Shown here: positions 1 through 13,469 of the stretch, in pieces
Layout of the letters: each line of letters opens with the position of its first letter
Position numbering within the stretch: position 1 is the first letter of the stretch
From: Kudoa neothunni
Taxonomy: Eukaryota > Animalia > Cnidaria
NCBI GenBank assembly: GCA_964304625.1
Contig: OZ199838.1
Location: 12,963,843 to 13,027,842, forward strand
Reading direction: 5' to 3'
Length of the DNA: 64,000 nt
The notes under the pieces: model-generated
The model's input: the letters and a program-made list of their open reading frames with translations, nothing else
What the model was told of the DNA's origin: nothing
The model's database searches: none
Made by a program: the position numbers and the translations under genes

Positions 1-1806
1 CAACTGTAATAATCTCATCGCATCATTGTTAAAAAATAAAAATTAATATATAAAGATAAACGATTATATCAGATGAAATCACAAATTTTAAAATTAAATT
101 AAACGTAACATAACTTCATTCTAAATACTCGCGCACCTGTATATGTCGTGGTTCTTACGTGTATCTTTTGTTTTTGCTTACCCAACCAGACCTTGGTAAA
201 TTCAAATCTCTTTATAAACGAATTCACAAAATTATACTTAAAGGAAAAATTTATCTATAATTAATTCGGAAGGGACAACTTTCTAAATTTACAAGACTAT
301 CAAGCATAGCTTTAATCCCCAACTTTTAAAGTTTAACTAAATCCAACAAGGTGGTTGTATCATTATTAATCAGTTAGATCATGCAAAACATGTGAAATTA
401 TAGAATATGGTTTTTATTCTTATAAGAACAATCCATTTATTTGAATGAAAATTCTCAATATGATGCAAATCACAATGAAAATGACCACCTCACGTAAGTA
501 TTAAACGCGGAGAAACTGAAGAATGCTATCTCAGAAATACGCTGAACATTTTAACTTAGACCAAAATGGATTGAATGGCTTCTACTCAGTGATTATTGGG
601 ATATCTAAAATTGTAAAATATACATAGAAATGTTTATTAGTTCGGTTAAAAGAAAATAATTGAGTTTTATTTTTCATGCGCACGCGATTAGATGAATATT
701 GCGCACCTTTTTGCCAGTCCCCCTAAAACTGAGCAATAACCATTGTTGACTGTACAGGATTAAAAATTCACATGTATCGAATTAATTCATAAAACAGTGA
801 AATGAGGTCATCTAGAAATAGCTAAATTAACTAAGACGCTTTAAAGTTATATCAAAAAATTTTCTATAAAAGGTACAGTAGGTTACCACTTTTATGAACT
901 CTCTTGCGAATAGGGAAGTTCGTAAAACTACTTTATTTTAACCAGGGCGTAAACTTAAAATGAATTTTTTTTCGTCTGTTGTTACATAACTATTTCTTTA
1001 ATTACGCGAGATATTGGAAATTTTAATTTTATACAACGTTTTTGTTGGTTAAATAAACTTAAGGAAATGGCTATTGAAAGTAATATTCAGGTTAACTGTT
1101 TTGGCTATATTTAGTTACTTCTGGTCCACCGCTTCGATCTCAGGCCAGAAATAATTGAATATAGCAGTTTATGAAAAACTGATACTGTACGCAGCTTGTA
1201 CTTTATTTAACTCATAAAGCTGATTAAATATGAATATACACCTTTTTATTTTATTGTTGTCATTATTTAACATGTATGAAGTACCTATTTATAGGATCGC
1301 ATTTATAACATCTGGTTAAAAATACGTTGGCTAATAAAACCAATATTTCCGCCGTTAGAATTGCCTATATTCATTTGATAATTCATCTAAAAATTATTGT
1401 TAAAAATTCTCGTATAATTACTTCCTATTTATTAAAATTCGAATATGTACGCTAATTTATGGCACATTAAATTGCAGTCTAATAATAACTCTCGTACTTC
1501 ACAAGGGAAGGCTATTGTATTACATTATTATTTTATATTTATCAATGAATAATGTTCACCCAAAAAACTAATAAAATAATTAACCACGTGATTTCTCATT
1601 AGAGCTATTTCCTACCTTATTTTAATTCTGATCCCTTTTCAGGTCGTTGAATAATATAAAATTAAAATATTGCGACTACTCATTTAATATATATAAAAGT
1701 GGTTGTGCATAAAACATGTTACTTATTGTAAATAAAAATCTAATATTTTTCTGTCACTATAATTTAGTAATACCCAATTTTTGTTGGTGCGTTAATAGCA
1801 TTCACT

Positions 1807-4134
1807 ATGAATAGAGTCGTTTTTCATTCATTAGCGATGACTATAAGCATACGACTAGGAAATTCTTGTTTTATATCTCTGGGGCTGACAGTGTTATTAT
1901 TGTACGCCAATTTGGTCAGGTTACTAAAACCAATAACTAAACAATTAATAATTCTCATCTAGAATTAAATTTACCAGTTGTTACGATAATCGACTTTTTG
2001 ATTTGAAGGTTTATATATCTAACGAGAGAGGGTCAGCAACCATCCAATTGGCTCTTCTACCAGCGTATTATCTTAGTAAAATATTTTCAATTCATTCCCT
2101 TCCATAAGATACCCATAAATAGTTTATGTGTTGGCAAACATAAGATATGAAAGGATGACCACCAGTGGGTTATCGGAATTTTCAAACACCATTTCCTATG
2201 TGTTGTGGCTAGCTTCCTACTTGATTTATGTTTACGTAGTGTCATTTGTAGCAAACGATGTATCTTATAGTTTGTATACATTGTTTTTTGTAGAGCTTTT
2301 TCTAGGATAAAGATGTGATAATGTTGCTCAATTGTTATTCTATAGCAGCAACTTTTCTAAGTTGTATCGACGATCACGTTCAACTTTTTAGTATCTATTG
2401 TATTAGTATGAGGAAAAATAGAACCAAAAAACGTAATTCCAATATATATTACCGCATATTTCATCACATAATCTAGTGTGTTTCATGATAGTAATGTTGG
2501 TGGTAATACTGTGCAAAATAGGATTTATAGTGGTGTATTTTGTAGGTATTAAAAAATGGACTATATTGTTGTATTCTCTTAACTCATTAGGTGCATCCAC
2601 ATCGATCGAAACCAAACATCATCGGACTGTGAACTATTACACAAGTGGTATGTGCTTTTTTGTTTTAATGACGAAATATAAATTAATCATTACGCTTAGA
2701 TTATGTCAAAAGGAATGTATCCGACATTATTCTAACTGCTCTTTTCGTTACCAATCCTCTAGTAGTGGTTTTTCAAATTTATATTTACCATTACGTAAAA
2801 CCTTCTCTCAACCATGTGATATACACACTGTCCTTCTCAAAGTATAACAGTTCACATCTGCAAAAATCAGAAATTGAGAGTGATAATTTTTTGATCATTT
2901 CTATTTGGCAACCGTACTTATATCATTATAAAAAGGTCACAACAATTCGGTTGGCATTACTCCTTTTAAACCCCCTCCAAATACTATCAAATCGAACTTG
3001 GTAGATTTGGTTGGATTATTTGTTCTGATATGGTTGGTTAGAGCAACTTTTGTTTTTTTGACTATGAGAATTCATTTTATTTCCAGAAAAGTTCATTCAA
3101 AAAAGTTTTTATTTATGTATTTTATAATGTTATATTTTGAGTCAGATTCTACATCAATCAGCGATGAACATTGGCAATAACAAAATTGTGGCCTTTCTTT
3201 GTCTATTTATCTATGTGATAGCATGGTATCTTCCGATCCTTCATAGTTATGGCTGTTATTAGTAATTGTTATTAGCATATTATATCATCTCACCATTTAT
3301 GGAAGTTTAACAAACACACGTTTATCGTAACCATTCAATATTCATTTACTTGTCAGCCTAAAACGAATGATGTGTATTTAGAATGGTGCTCACCAACACT
3401 TTCGGTTTAACTCATCACATATTGTTTCTATTTCCATTCTACATACGACGTATTTATAGTTTTGGTCGAAAATAATATCATCTCAATTTTTAGTACTGAA
3501 TACAGCATTCAAAAGACATCTCTTAACAATGTTATGTTGTCTGACCTTAGTTTTGTCAATTCCACTTATGATAATATTTGACGTAAAATAGTCATGAATC
3601 AATACTTCACTTAAATCAATACTCTTTTAGAATGTGTTGGAAGAAAAAAGCTACTTCTACCATTCGGTGGCTTTTGTTATATTGGGCCTTGTCACGCTCG
3701 GAGCTTCTTTATCAGTGTTCAACTCGTTGCAATACTCCTGTAAAGTAATGACGATTGTTATTGGAGTGAGTCAGTCCATAGTAACATCAATAGGTGATTT
3801 TCTGTATTTGTTGAGTCATTTGTAACATATCCAATAAATTAGAAATTTATTGGCTTTATAATTACAACAAAATCTTTGGCGTTAAAGATACAGTAAGTTT
3901 AGCTTTTTGACTGTCGCTCAATCAATTTATCCCGAATAGAATATATTATACAATTCACAACTGTGGGAATATTTTCAGTTGTTCCTTATGGTTTATCAGT
4001 TGATCATACTAACTGAAGATATGTGTTACAGAAAAGAAGTGGCTTACATCCACACCCATATGAACTACAAGAGGCTCCCGCTTAAACAAAATCTTCGAAA
4101 ATTAGTATATATTATGGTGGGCGGTTTGTTTTAA
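1807..4134 (+). CDS. Multi-exon multi-pass membrane protein, family unrecognised (exon structure only partly resolved)
   Basis: Hydrophobic open segments separated by 40-60 nt GT..AG gaps: MNRVVFHSLAMTISIRLGNSCFISLGLTVLLLYANLV; CFMIVMLVVILCKIGFIVVYFV; HSVAFVILGLVTLGASLSVF; last exon NILYNSQLWEYFQLFLMVYQLIILTE. Junctions near 2306 and 2940-3005 are ambiguous and the 3' end is approximate. Confidence 0.55.
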
Positions 4135-4622
4135 CGTCGCATATTATAGAACAACATTTGCTTAACTAGAAGAAATAGAGACAAAATATACAACGGAATG
4201 GATGTTATTAATTTTTTTTATTTAGTCAAATTAATTTACTGAATGCCTGATTGTTATAGGCATGGAATGAAAAAATTGAAGGACGTTTACAAGACAGTCT
4301 ACTGGAAACAAATCTCCTCAACTATAGCTGTGCTGAAGACCCAGAATCCGCTTGTATATTTTAATGAACTATATAATATTTTTATCGATTATTCCTAAAA
4401 ATGTACAAAAAACTATTCTTTTAAACAAGAATTTATATTTCTTCAGTCAAAACACGCATAACGCGCAATATTCGGGAATTAATTAAAAGAATACATTTTT
4501 ATTTATAGATTAAATAAAAATTATACTTCTTTAATTAAAAAAATCCATCCAAAAATTACCGACATTAAAATTTATATTTCAGATAGAATAATAAGATAAA
4601 ATAAATATTTTCATGATTTTTA

Positions 4623-4978
4623 TCTATATATACATAAAATACAAACTTCGGAATTGACCGAAGATTGTGTGCTCCAAGAAACGGTGGAATTTCAAAAAAG
4701 TTATGGAACTGTTAAAAGTCTCGTCTATTAGGAATAGTAGGATTTGTTCCCAACTAGAGATAGTTAAAATTTCAAAAGAACAGAACAATTTTTACATGTA
4801 TTTTTTAGCGTTTTAAGTTTTCATTTAAATCAACCCGCGGGCTGATTTAAATGAGGATTAGAGGCACCTAGGGTGGAGGTTATGGGTGATTTATCTGTAT
4901 GTAAATGTTATATTGAAATTTTTTCCCCCTGAATTAGATATTCCCAACACCCCGAGCGTAGCTGGATATTGCGGCTAG
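4623..4978 (+). mobile_element. Non-autonomous Helitron-like element (~356 bp)
   Basis: Starts A|TCTATATATACATAAAA and ends with GC-rich cccgagcgtagctgg followed by CGGCTAG|T, i.e. 5'-TC, 3'-CTAG and insertion between A and T without a TSD. Internal 34-bp near-perfect palindrome at 4821-4854. Confidence 0.6.
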
Positions 4979-6872
4979 TTTTTTATAGTTTAGATAAAAT
5001 GTATTTTAGCTAATTATTATGTTTGTGACAATATCCATAATTAATCGATTGAATTATACGCCCAATTTCATTTAAAAGATGAACTTGTCCAGCGTTGCCA
5101 ATCTAAATCGGACAGCCGGCAAAATTTTGGACGCATAAATTTAGATAAAATAGAATTTTTTGTAAAAGCAAGCATAATTTTTTTTATTTATATATAAATA
5201 TTATAAAAATATATAATTAACTAAGAATCTTCAAAATTTCGACATCACTTGGTTGATGTGTTGCAAAATACCCACACTCGAATGAGATCATCTAATGTAG
5301 AGCACAGCATTCTATTTCTTCTGATCGTTTTGGTAGTTCCAGCAGAAGAAAATACTTTTTCCGTAAAAGTGTTAATCAGTGTTAGTTATAATAAAGATGC
5401 TCCATTTTTGCTGATAAAATATGCCCAAAAGTGCCATTATTGATAATTGAATCCATCAAACTTTGTTTTTTTGCAATTCCTTTAATTTCAATCAGCTGTA
5501 TTACAACTCCTCATTCGATGTTTGAATCAAACAACTATACCTAGATCTGGTTTTATTTTTACGTGCGATCAATTATCCATTAAAATTAAGACAAATTAAT
5601 CAAGTAGATAATATTTGGTTAAATTTTAATTGATTTAAACATTAAATTAGAATAAAATTATTCTAAAATTAATAAACACACACTTATAATGATAGCTTAG
5701 CATTGGACATCATCAAAACCAAAGTCTTTTTCTAGGATTCAAACATTCAGAATTCCAACACGCATAACACGATTCGTGATAATTCCAAAATGATCCGCAG
5801 TCAAGATAAAACTGTGCATCATCGCTAATAATGATGAGAAATCCAAAATTTTGGTCTTAATTGTAGCATAGCATTTTTAAATGTTTTTATTTTCATAAAT
5901 TTTTCCATATTATTTTTGACCTCAATTTCTGTATTCCATAGGCTTTAAGAATGATTTATTAAAATGTATACATGTAAATCGCTTTTTGTATACTTTACTG
6001 CCGATATTTTAACTTTAAATAGAGTATTGCCTCAAGTATATAAACATCTATTTGAAGATTTCTCGTAATGAACTCAACAACGATTACATTTACATATTTT
6101 GTGAACTTGCAATACATCCTTACTTTTCAAAACATTCTTTTGGGATTATTCAATCTTTAAAAGAACAATATTTAAAAATAGGACATTATTGGCAGCGCCG
6201 TTTGAGACACTCCAAACGATATACTGAACTCCTGGTGGAATTCAGTATAAATAACAATAAACAACCAACGGTAATGAAAAATCAGAAATAACTTTTTAGA
6301 AATTATTCTTATTTGAATATTTTAGTTTTAATAATATAAGAATGTAAAATAATTTTTTTAAGTCGATGAATAATTTAATCATGTTTATATCGTCTATGAT
6401 TAACAAATCTAACGTCATAATGTAAGTAACATTATAAATAATCAGAGTAAATTTAAATTATCTTCAATGTGATAACTTAAATTTAAATTTATGAATGAAC
6501 TATAACGTGTCTTAATAAATAATCAACGGACAGGATTTAGGTCACGATTTAGACAACTTACTTGGTACGTTTAATTATAGTCAGTTTAACATATTCAAAA
6601 TATTGGAATTCATTAATCTAAGTTTATAAAAAACCCTAAAGCAAACTTATATGAGATTTGAATAATAAAAGAGTTCAGTTTTAAAATTTATAATATTCGT
6701 TTATGTTCGTGGAAGACTTATAAAATTGTTTTTAATTAAAATAATTTTCACGCTATAACTAACTTAAATAAATATTAAAATAATTTCGTTAGAGATTATC
6801 TATTTGGTTGAATCACATTTTGTCGAGTGTAAGCATATTTATTAGGATAATCGTTGTTAATCGTCAAATAAA

Positions 6873-9800
6873 ATGGAAATCATTCGCAATCCATCAGTTT
6901 TAACAGAAAATTGGAATCTATTAGGAAATGTTTATTATAGGTATTATTTTGAGTTTTAAGGGCTAATTGTGGTTGATTTCCGAACAGGAGATGGCAGTTG
7001 TATCAAATGGAATGGAGCAATGAAGCCAAGCGTTCAAAAAATGACACTCTTTCTGTCGCCAAATATTGTGGACCGATAGGTTCGTTCTAATAATTTTGTT
7101 GAACTGTTAAAGATCCATTTGAAATCTTATGTAGCTAAGCGTTTCTATTCAAAATCTACAAAGCAAACATTTATAGCCATTTACACGCAGTCCGGTAATA
7201 AGCTGTGTCAAATTGATGTATAGCATTCGTTTAACTCATTCCACATAATTTCGAATTTAATTTAAAGTGGAAAGGGGACAATATTTTCAGCATGTTTTGG
7301 ACGGTAGATGAAGAGTTGTGGATTGTTACCCAATTCGGTAAATTGGTGGCGTATTCTTTACTAGGACTTCTCAAATATGAAATTCAACTTGTAGTAAGTT
7401 CATTTATAGCTGAATTTTGCATTTTTACTATTCTTATCAACTTTTTACAATTGTAGAATGGACAAAGAATTTGCAGCGGCAAAATATTGAATCCCCTTAA
7501 AGGTGATCCTTGCCTCGCTCTCATGACTATCCAAAAAAATCTTATTCTCTACCCATATATCAAGGAAAAGAGTGACAAGGCTCTTGCCTTTTCATTTAAA
7601 GGTTTCTATTTTCACATATTTTTATTTTTGATTAATTGTGTAATATCATTTTAGAATGGATAAACATACCTAGATGCTGGGATCTGATTTCGATAGCCTC
7701 CAATTTACACCCTACTATCATTGTTTGGGATGTATCTAACAACAAATACATTCACGCTTATTCTGAGAATTCCACTTCAAAATATGTAAATTATTTTTAC
7801 TGATTTGTTCAACTTTGAATCATCTTCGTATATGTTTTTTGTATAGGAAATCCCAATAGATTGCTATTACGATGAGATCGTGGATATCACTTCAAGTTTC
7901 GAAAAAAATTATCTAGCACTACTAACCAACACCAATTATCTGTGGATTGGATCATACGATATGAGTGTAAACATAATTGTGTGGTAGTCGTTTAGTAGTG
8001 AATGTTTTATTGTAGCAAAAATTCGCCGAGATTAATCTTTCCAACCATCAGCACACTCTTCCTTTGTCAATAAAATGGTAGATGAATCAATTCTATTAAA
8101 CTTTAACAAAAACAAAAAGGTGTGGATCAGGAGCTGTGGCTTGCGTTTGGAATTCAATGTTGATTTTATTTGGTCCACAGCAGGACTATCAAACGTAATA
8201 ATTAATTTTCCACAAAGCTCGCCAACATAAAACCTAATGTTAATCTTTAAATAGATATTACATTCAAGAAGGTTCAATGATAGAATCTGATTTGGGATGT
8301 ATTCATATTATTGACGGTGAGTCACATGAAATCATTCAAGAAATTCCAAGTAATAATCGTACTCATTTACACTGCGTTCAATTCCTTTCTAATTGAACCA
8401 AACCAGATCAATTGGAAAACATATATTTGGACTCATTGCATCCTGGAGCGTTACTTTTAGATGCATTTAGAGAATATAAAGTTATCACTTTTTTTCTATA
8501 AAAAAAGTATTTTTTATTAAGAAACGGAGCCCTAAATCCTTGGATCTTATCGAAGGAATTAAGTTGAAATTACACGATGCTGTAAATGCATGTCTCCTTG
8601 CAGCTCCCGAGGAAGTGGTTCCCTCATTCCAAAAGCTAATTCTTAATGTAATGGACACATATTGTCTCAGTCAACTAATTAATTTTTAGGCGGCATTATT
8701 CGGTCAATCATTTATCAATTCGACAGACCCCAACCAATTTTATAGAACGTGTAAACTAACTCAGATTTTGAACCAACTTAGAGCACCCACTATCGGACTT
8801 CCGTTCACCAACTTTTTGTAAATCTAAAGTTGTATCAAACAAATATACAACGAGATTATTTTAGATACCAAAGTGTGGATCCAGTGTTTGTAATTGAAAA
8901 GTAGTTGTTGACGAATGGTACACTGAGTTATAATCTAAACCAATAGACTCAAAAGTCGAGGTCTTTATGGGTTGGCTGCCGAAATATGCACTTCACTCAA
9001 TTATGACAAGCCCATGTTGAACGAAGTTATATTAGAATGGGCACACAATAAAGTATGCTAGATTTTCTCATTGTATCTGCTTGATGAGTAAATATTTTTA
9101 AAATTAATGATAGATGTTGGATTCATCGATGAGTGATGAAGATCTTATCAAATTATTGCTTGAGAAAAGCAAACGTTACCCATCTATTTCTATGATCCAA
9201 TTAGGGTCACTTTCAATTGCTCAAAATCGCAAAAAGCTCGCTATTGCGGTATAACTTTTATTTATTGTTTTTTTATTTTGTTGTAATGATTTTGTAGTTG
9301 TTGGATCACATTGTCGATCCTCACGATCATGTTCCATTGCTGCTGAAACTCGACCAAACACAAAAAGCTCTTCAAATAGCAATGCGTTCTGGCGATATAG
9401 ATCTAGGTATGTTTTTTAGTAGAGTCAACACTTCAATCAGATTTAGTGTTTATTGTGATATTCTACTTGAAAAAAAACCTGAGTACCACTCAGTTTTTGA
9501 TGAAAATTAGATCTGATCCCTATCTATTTGGATTGTGTCGTAGAGTGAGTGTCACTATTTTTAAATTAATTTGTTTACTAAAACGAAAATTTTAGTATTA
9601 TTCGGAAACAAAAAACTATCAAATGCTAATGTCACTGTACGAACAAGATGACTTGGTCAAATATTCTGCATGCCTAAAAATCGACAATACTAACCGTTTG
9701 CCTGTGACTGAGAAAATACCTCAAATGAACGCTATTTGTTCGTTGGTAGGCAATAAAAGTGTTATTCATACCGTAAATTTTATCTATAAGATCAACCACA

Positions 9801-10487
9801 TCATTAACAATCTACACTTAACTTTAGACTATGAAAGAGACCATAAAACTTTATGAATATCAAAAAAAACTTCATCAACATCAAAACTTTTCAAATTTAA
9901 ATCTCATTGGGTTGACATTAAATCAAACTCTTCAAAAAGTATATCAGAATATTGTGGTTTTAGGTGTAAGCATTCTTGTTTGGAAATAGATGCTCAGCAA
10001 AGGTTTCGTTAATGAGGCTGAAAATCTCAGGAGAGAACTTTATGTACCTGAGATCAGATTTCAATGGTTGGTGGTGAATTCGCTAGGACAATCTCATGAA
10101 TGGTCGAAACTATCACAATACTCAATTCAGAAGAAACCTCTCATTGGTTATATGGTATAATTTAACTTGGTAGTAACTTCTAAGTGTAATCTAGCCATTT
10201 GTCGAAGCATGTATCCAACACAGTGCACCCCGCAAAGAAATAGAATTCTATCTGCCTAAAATAGCAATTGAGGAACGAACCCCAATTTATTTATATTTGA
10301 GGTGATTATTAGTAACTTTATCATCAAACTTTATTCGCTACTTTCTAGAAATTATGAACTTGCAGCTGATGCTGCTATTGCAAGCAAAAGTGCTAACAAC
10401 ATACGGACGGTGCTTCTCAAATGCAATCCCGTCCAAGACAAGCCCATATACGATAAGCTGGATGCAGCCCTAACACTTTTTAAATAG
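6873..10487 (+). CDS. VPS16: Vacuolar protein sorting 16 (HOPS/CORVET subunit), about 23 exons
   Basis: Spliced translation gives TENWNLLGNVYYR, AKYCGPIA, HPGALLLDA, ILNQLRAPTIGLPFT, VPLLLKL..ALQIAMRSGDIDLVFIVI, KKPLIGYMPFVEAC. About 22 GT-AG introns keep the frame open to TAG at 10485-10487. Confidence 0.93.
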
Positions 10488-10712
10488 ATACAAATATATT
10501 TCTATCAACAATTTTGTTTGCCTATGATTTTAAGTGTTTTTGTTGCTTGGATAATGGGGGTGTGATTTTAATTCCCTTTCTTATTGGAAACAAATAATAA
10601 CTTTTGTTTATTTTGTCACCTCGACAACAAGTCGTCGAAATTTTGTGATAATCAACAAATTTACGTTTCTACCAACACACATCCAATAAGTGCACAATTC
10701 ACCCACACACGT

Positions 10713-11054
10713 ATGGTTGGTAATTGCACTCGTTGTGGCAAAGAAGTTTATTTCGGTAGCTATCATTATATTGTGTAATATTAGATATAGATTGTGTTTC
10801 TTTTTAGCAGAGAAAGTTTACGCTGCGGGAAGCTTATGGCATAGAGGTTGTTATGTGTGCACCAACTGTAAACGCACCTTAAATGCAAATATTGCATGTG
10901 ATGTAATTAAATCATTTTTTTTACATTTAAATATAATTTTGATCCATTTATTGTAATATAGCATAACGGACTTCTATATTGTCGAAATCCATGCTACAGA
11001 ACATTGTTTGGTCCCAATGGATACGGTAGTAACTCTGGATTGACGCCCAAATAA
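10713..11054 (+). CDS. CRIP1: Single LIM-domain cysteine-rich protein (CRIP-like), 3 exons
   Basis: MVGNCTRCGKEVYF|AEKVYAAGSLWHRGCYVCTNCKRTLNANIACD|HNGLLYCRNPCYRTLFGPNGYGSNSGLTPK*: LIM Cys/His pattern plus the CRIP-type CY..LFGP.G tail. Confidence 0.9.
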
Positions 11055-11635
11055 ACCTTATTCAACGACTCCCCCAAACCAATACAACTTTATTTCATTT
11101 TCATACTATTATCTTATCATTTAGTTGGACATTTATTTGTAATCATGGAATTTTTTTAAGTAGGTGAAGATTTATTTGATAGGATCCCATATCATATTAC
11201 TTATTTTTGATATTATTGTTATCATTGGTATACCTATATCTTCCCTTCTACTAACGGTCGATGTGATATGTTGAGCTAAGTCAAGAAGATGCTCGGTTCA
11301 AGAGAAGTTGTGAGAACTTATGCATCTTATCCTTATTATATTTTATTAAATAAAAATAATAAAATTTAATTCTTTAAACTACAAAAAATAATACTGATAA
11401 AACTATAGGTGCCATTGGAAATTGCCATTTTATATCCACTAAATCTAATTTATGCACTCTTTTAGTCGTTTTTTCTATAATAATTTTAAATCAATAAATC
11501 AGAGTTGTTAAAGATTATTCTGAAGTTTGGACGAATTAACTTCACTTTTGATTCTACTACAGTGTTTCCTATTGGCGAGGTTTCACAAAATTCTTGCAGG
11601 ATACGCAAATTTTTTTACATCAATGCACCGTATAG

Positions 11636-12650
11636 CAGCGGTTCTTATCCTGAGGTCCGTGAGTGGTTTAAACAAAATTTGAATCCAATTTAGGAACATA
11701 TATTCATTATAATTAGACATTTCGTAGTATCAGCGTAATTATTAAAAAATTTAACGTACATAACAAATTTCCTCGTGTTAACATTAATTTTGTAATAATT
11801 TCTAAAAATATAAGCCATTTAGTAGGGTATTTCACAAAAACTAAAAATTTTTAGCGAAATATTTCGTATTGTTACACATTATGCAATTGGGATGATTAAT
11901 CCTTTTACAGCAGTCTATTTTGGAGAATCTAAATTTTCCACGCTGGTTACTATCAAAACAGGTCACTAAATCAATTATATGTGTTTCGTTCTTTCAAATA
12001 TTTTGTCGAATTGCTCTTAATTTATTGATAAAAACCAACTACAAAAATATCATTAAATATTCTTTTAATTTTTATTGTTTATATACACAATAAGTTTTAT
12101 GCATTAAATTCGCACTTTATAATATAATATCATATTTCTTCCTTTATTAACCCTTTATTTTAGTAAACACAATAATTAACAAAATTAGAGATTTTATATA
12201 GCAAAAATGTTTCGATCATTATAAGAACGTATTCACTTTAAAAAATTTACTTGATTTTCATTTTAAAAGTGTACATGTATATTCACATTAATCCTATAAA
12301 TTTAATTCAGTACGTTACTTTAGTATATTATGCGTCATTTTCTATATTTTGTTGGAGTTTTAATAATTAAAAAAAATTTATGGCTAGAATTTCAACATTA
12401 ATAATCTTTTTAATACTCGAAATAATTCATTTCTTGGTGAGTAAAAAATTGTTAATATATATTATAAAACATAATAATGCATAATTAATTCACATAATAA
12501 ATATTTAATTTAATTATGAGATAATAGATCAATAATTTTAGTTAAAATATTTATATGTATGTTCGGATTAAGCATAAAACCAAAATAGGGCCCGTGTTAA
12601 GTCCATTGAATGCATTAGGGGTCTGCAAACTAGAAAGGTTAAGAACCACC
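11636..12650. mobile_element. hAT-type non-autonomous element, family B, copy 1
   Basis: Ends cagcggttcttatcc ... ggttaagaaccac; collinear similarity along its length with 56815-57945. Confidence 0.75.
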
Positions 12651-12753
12651 TCCTCAAAGTAGACATGAATTAGGTTTCCAAATTAAGGGAGTAAATTTAA
12701 ATTTTTTATCAGGCCAAGGGGATATATTTTGAAAAACCCGTTGAGAACCTTTG
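12651..12753. mobile_element. Terminal fragment of hAT MITE family A
   Basis: agtagacatgaattaggtttccaaattaagggagtaaattt...cgttgagaacctttg matches the reverse complement of the start of 13470-14170. Confidence 0.6.
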
Positions 12754-12876
12754 ATTTAGCAGATCAATAAGTCTTCTGAATCGGGTTAAAAAATGACTCG
12801 TGGTGTCTAAAACCCAAACATCTAACTGTTGAGAATTTGTTATGCGGTGGTTTCTTAACTTGAGTTGACCATAAAT

Positions 12877-13116
12877 CGGTGTTTACCGACATGGGGTATA
12901 GGCGCTAATTTCAGGAGGTTCATGAGAAGACTTTCAATCTTAAAAAATTAGTCGATTGTAAATTCCTGTCTATAATAAGAGCCGACTTTAAAACTAATTC
13001 TTAAACAATACTTTCATAAACGTGAATACAAGAGGTCAATATACTTAGGGGTTCGTGTTCATTCAGTTTAGTTAGTCGAGTGTCCACGACACGGAAAAAT
13101 TGGTTGGGAAACACTT
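12877..13116. mobile_element. hAT MITE family C, copy 1 (~240 bp)
   Basis: Imperfect TIRs cggtgtttaccgac / gttgggaaacactt; direct repeat of 13215-13461. Confidence 0.7.
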
Positions 13117-13214
13117 CAATATATGTTTCCAAATAAGAGTTTAGCAAAGTCAACTTGGCAGCTTTGCAAATCATACGATATAAAAGCAAGTTTTATAGCC
13201 AACAGTCTCTAGAT

Positions 13215-13461
13215 CAGTAACTGCCAACGTGGGGTCCGTGAACTAATTTCAGGGGTTCGTGAGAAGACTTTTATTCTTAAAAAATTATTCTATCGTAATA
13301 TCGTAAATCCATAGCTATAATAAAATCCAGCTTTAAAACTAATTCCTAAACAATACTTTCATAAATTTAAATATACGAAGTTAATACACTTGGGGGTTCG
13401 TGTTAATTTAGCTTAGTGAATCGAATGTCCGAGACACAGAACGGTTGGTTGAGAAACATTG
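13215..13461. mobile_element. hAT MITE family C, copy 2
   Basis: TIRs cagtaactgccaac / gttgagaaacattg; flanks ctctagat / ctgtagac look like a decayed 8-bp TSD. Confidence 0.7.
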
Positions 13462-13469
13462 CTGTAGAC

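Noticed and set aside
5230-5880. Possible spliced gene or pseudogene on the minus strand
   Set aside because: In-frame stops, no consistent exon chain and no recognisable motif.
6820-6826. TTGTCGA as a shared promoter motif (also at 10621, 16984, 55724 and 63093)
   Set aside because: The same 7-mer occurs many times in coding exons and repeats in this window; post hoc enrichment is weak.
12877-13461. Direct repeats as a CRISPR-like array
   Set aside because: Two ~240-bp diverged units with TIRs, i.e. MITEs, in a eukaryotic context with no repeat-spacer periodicity.
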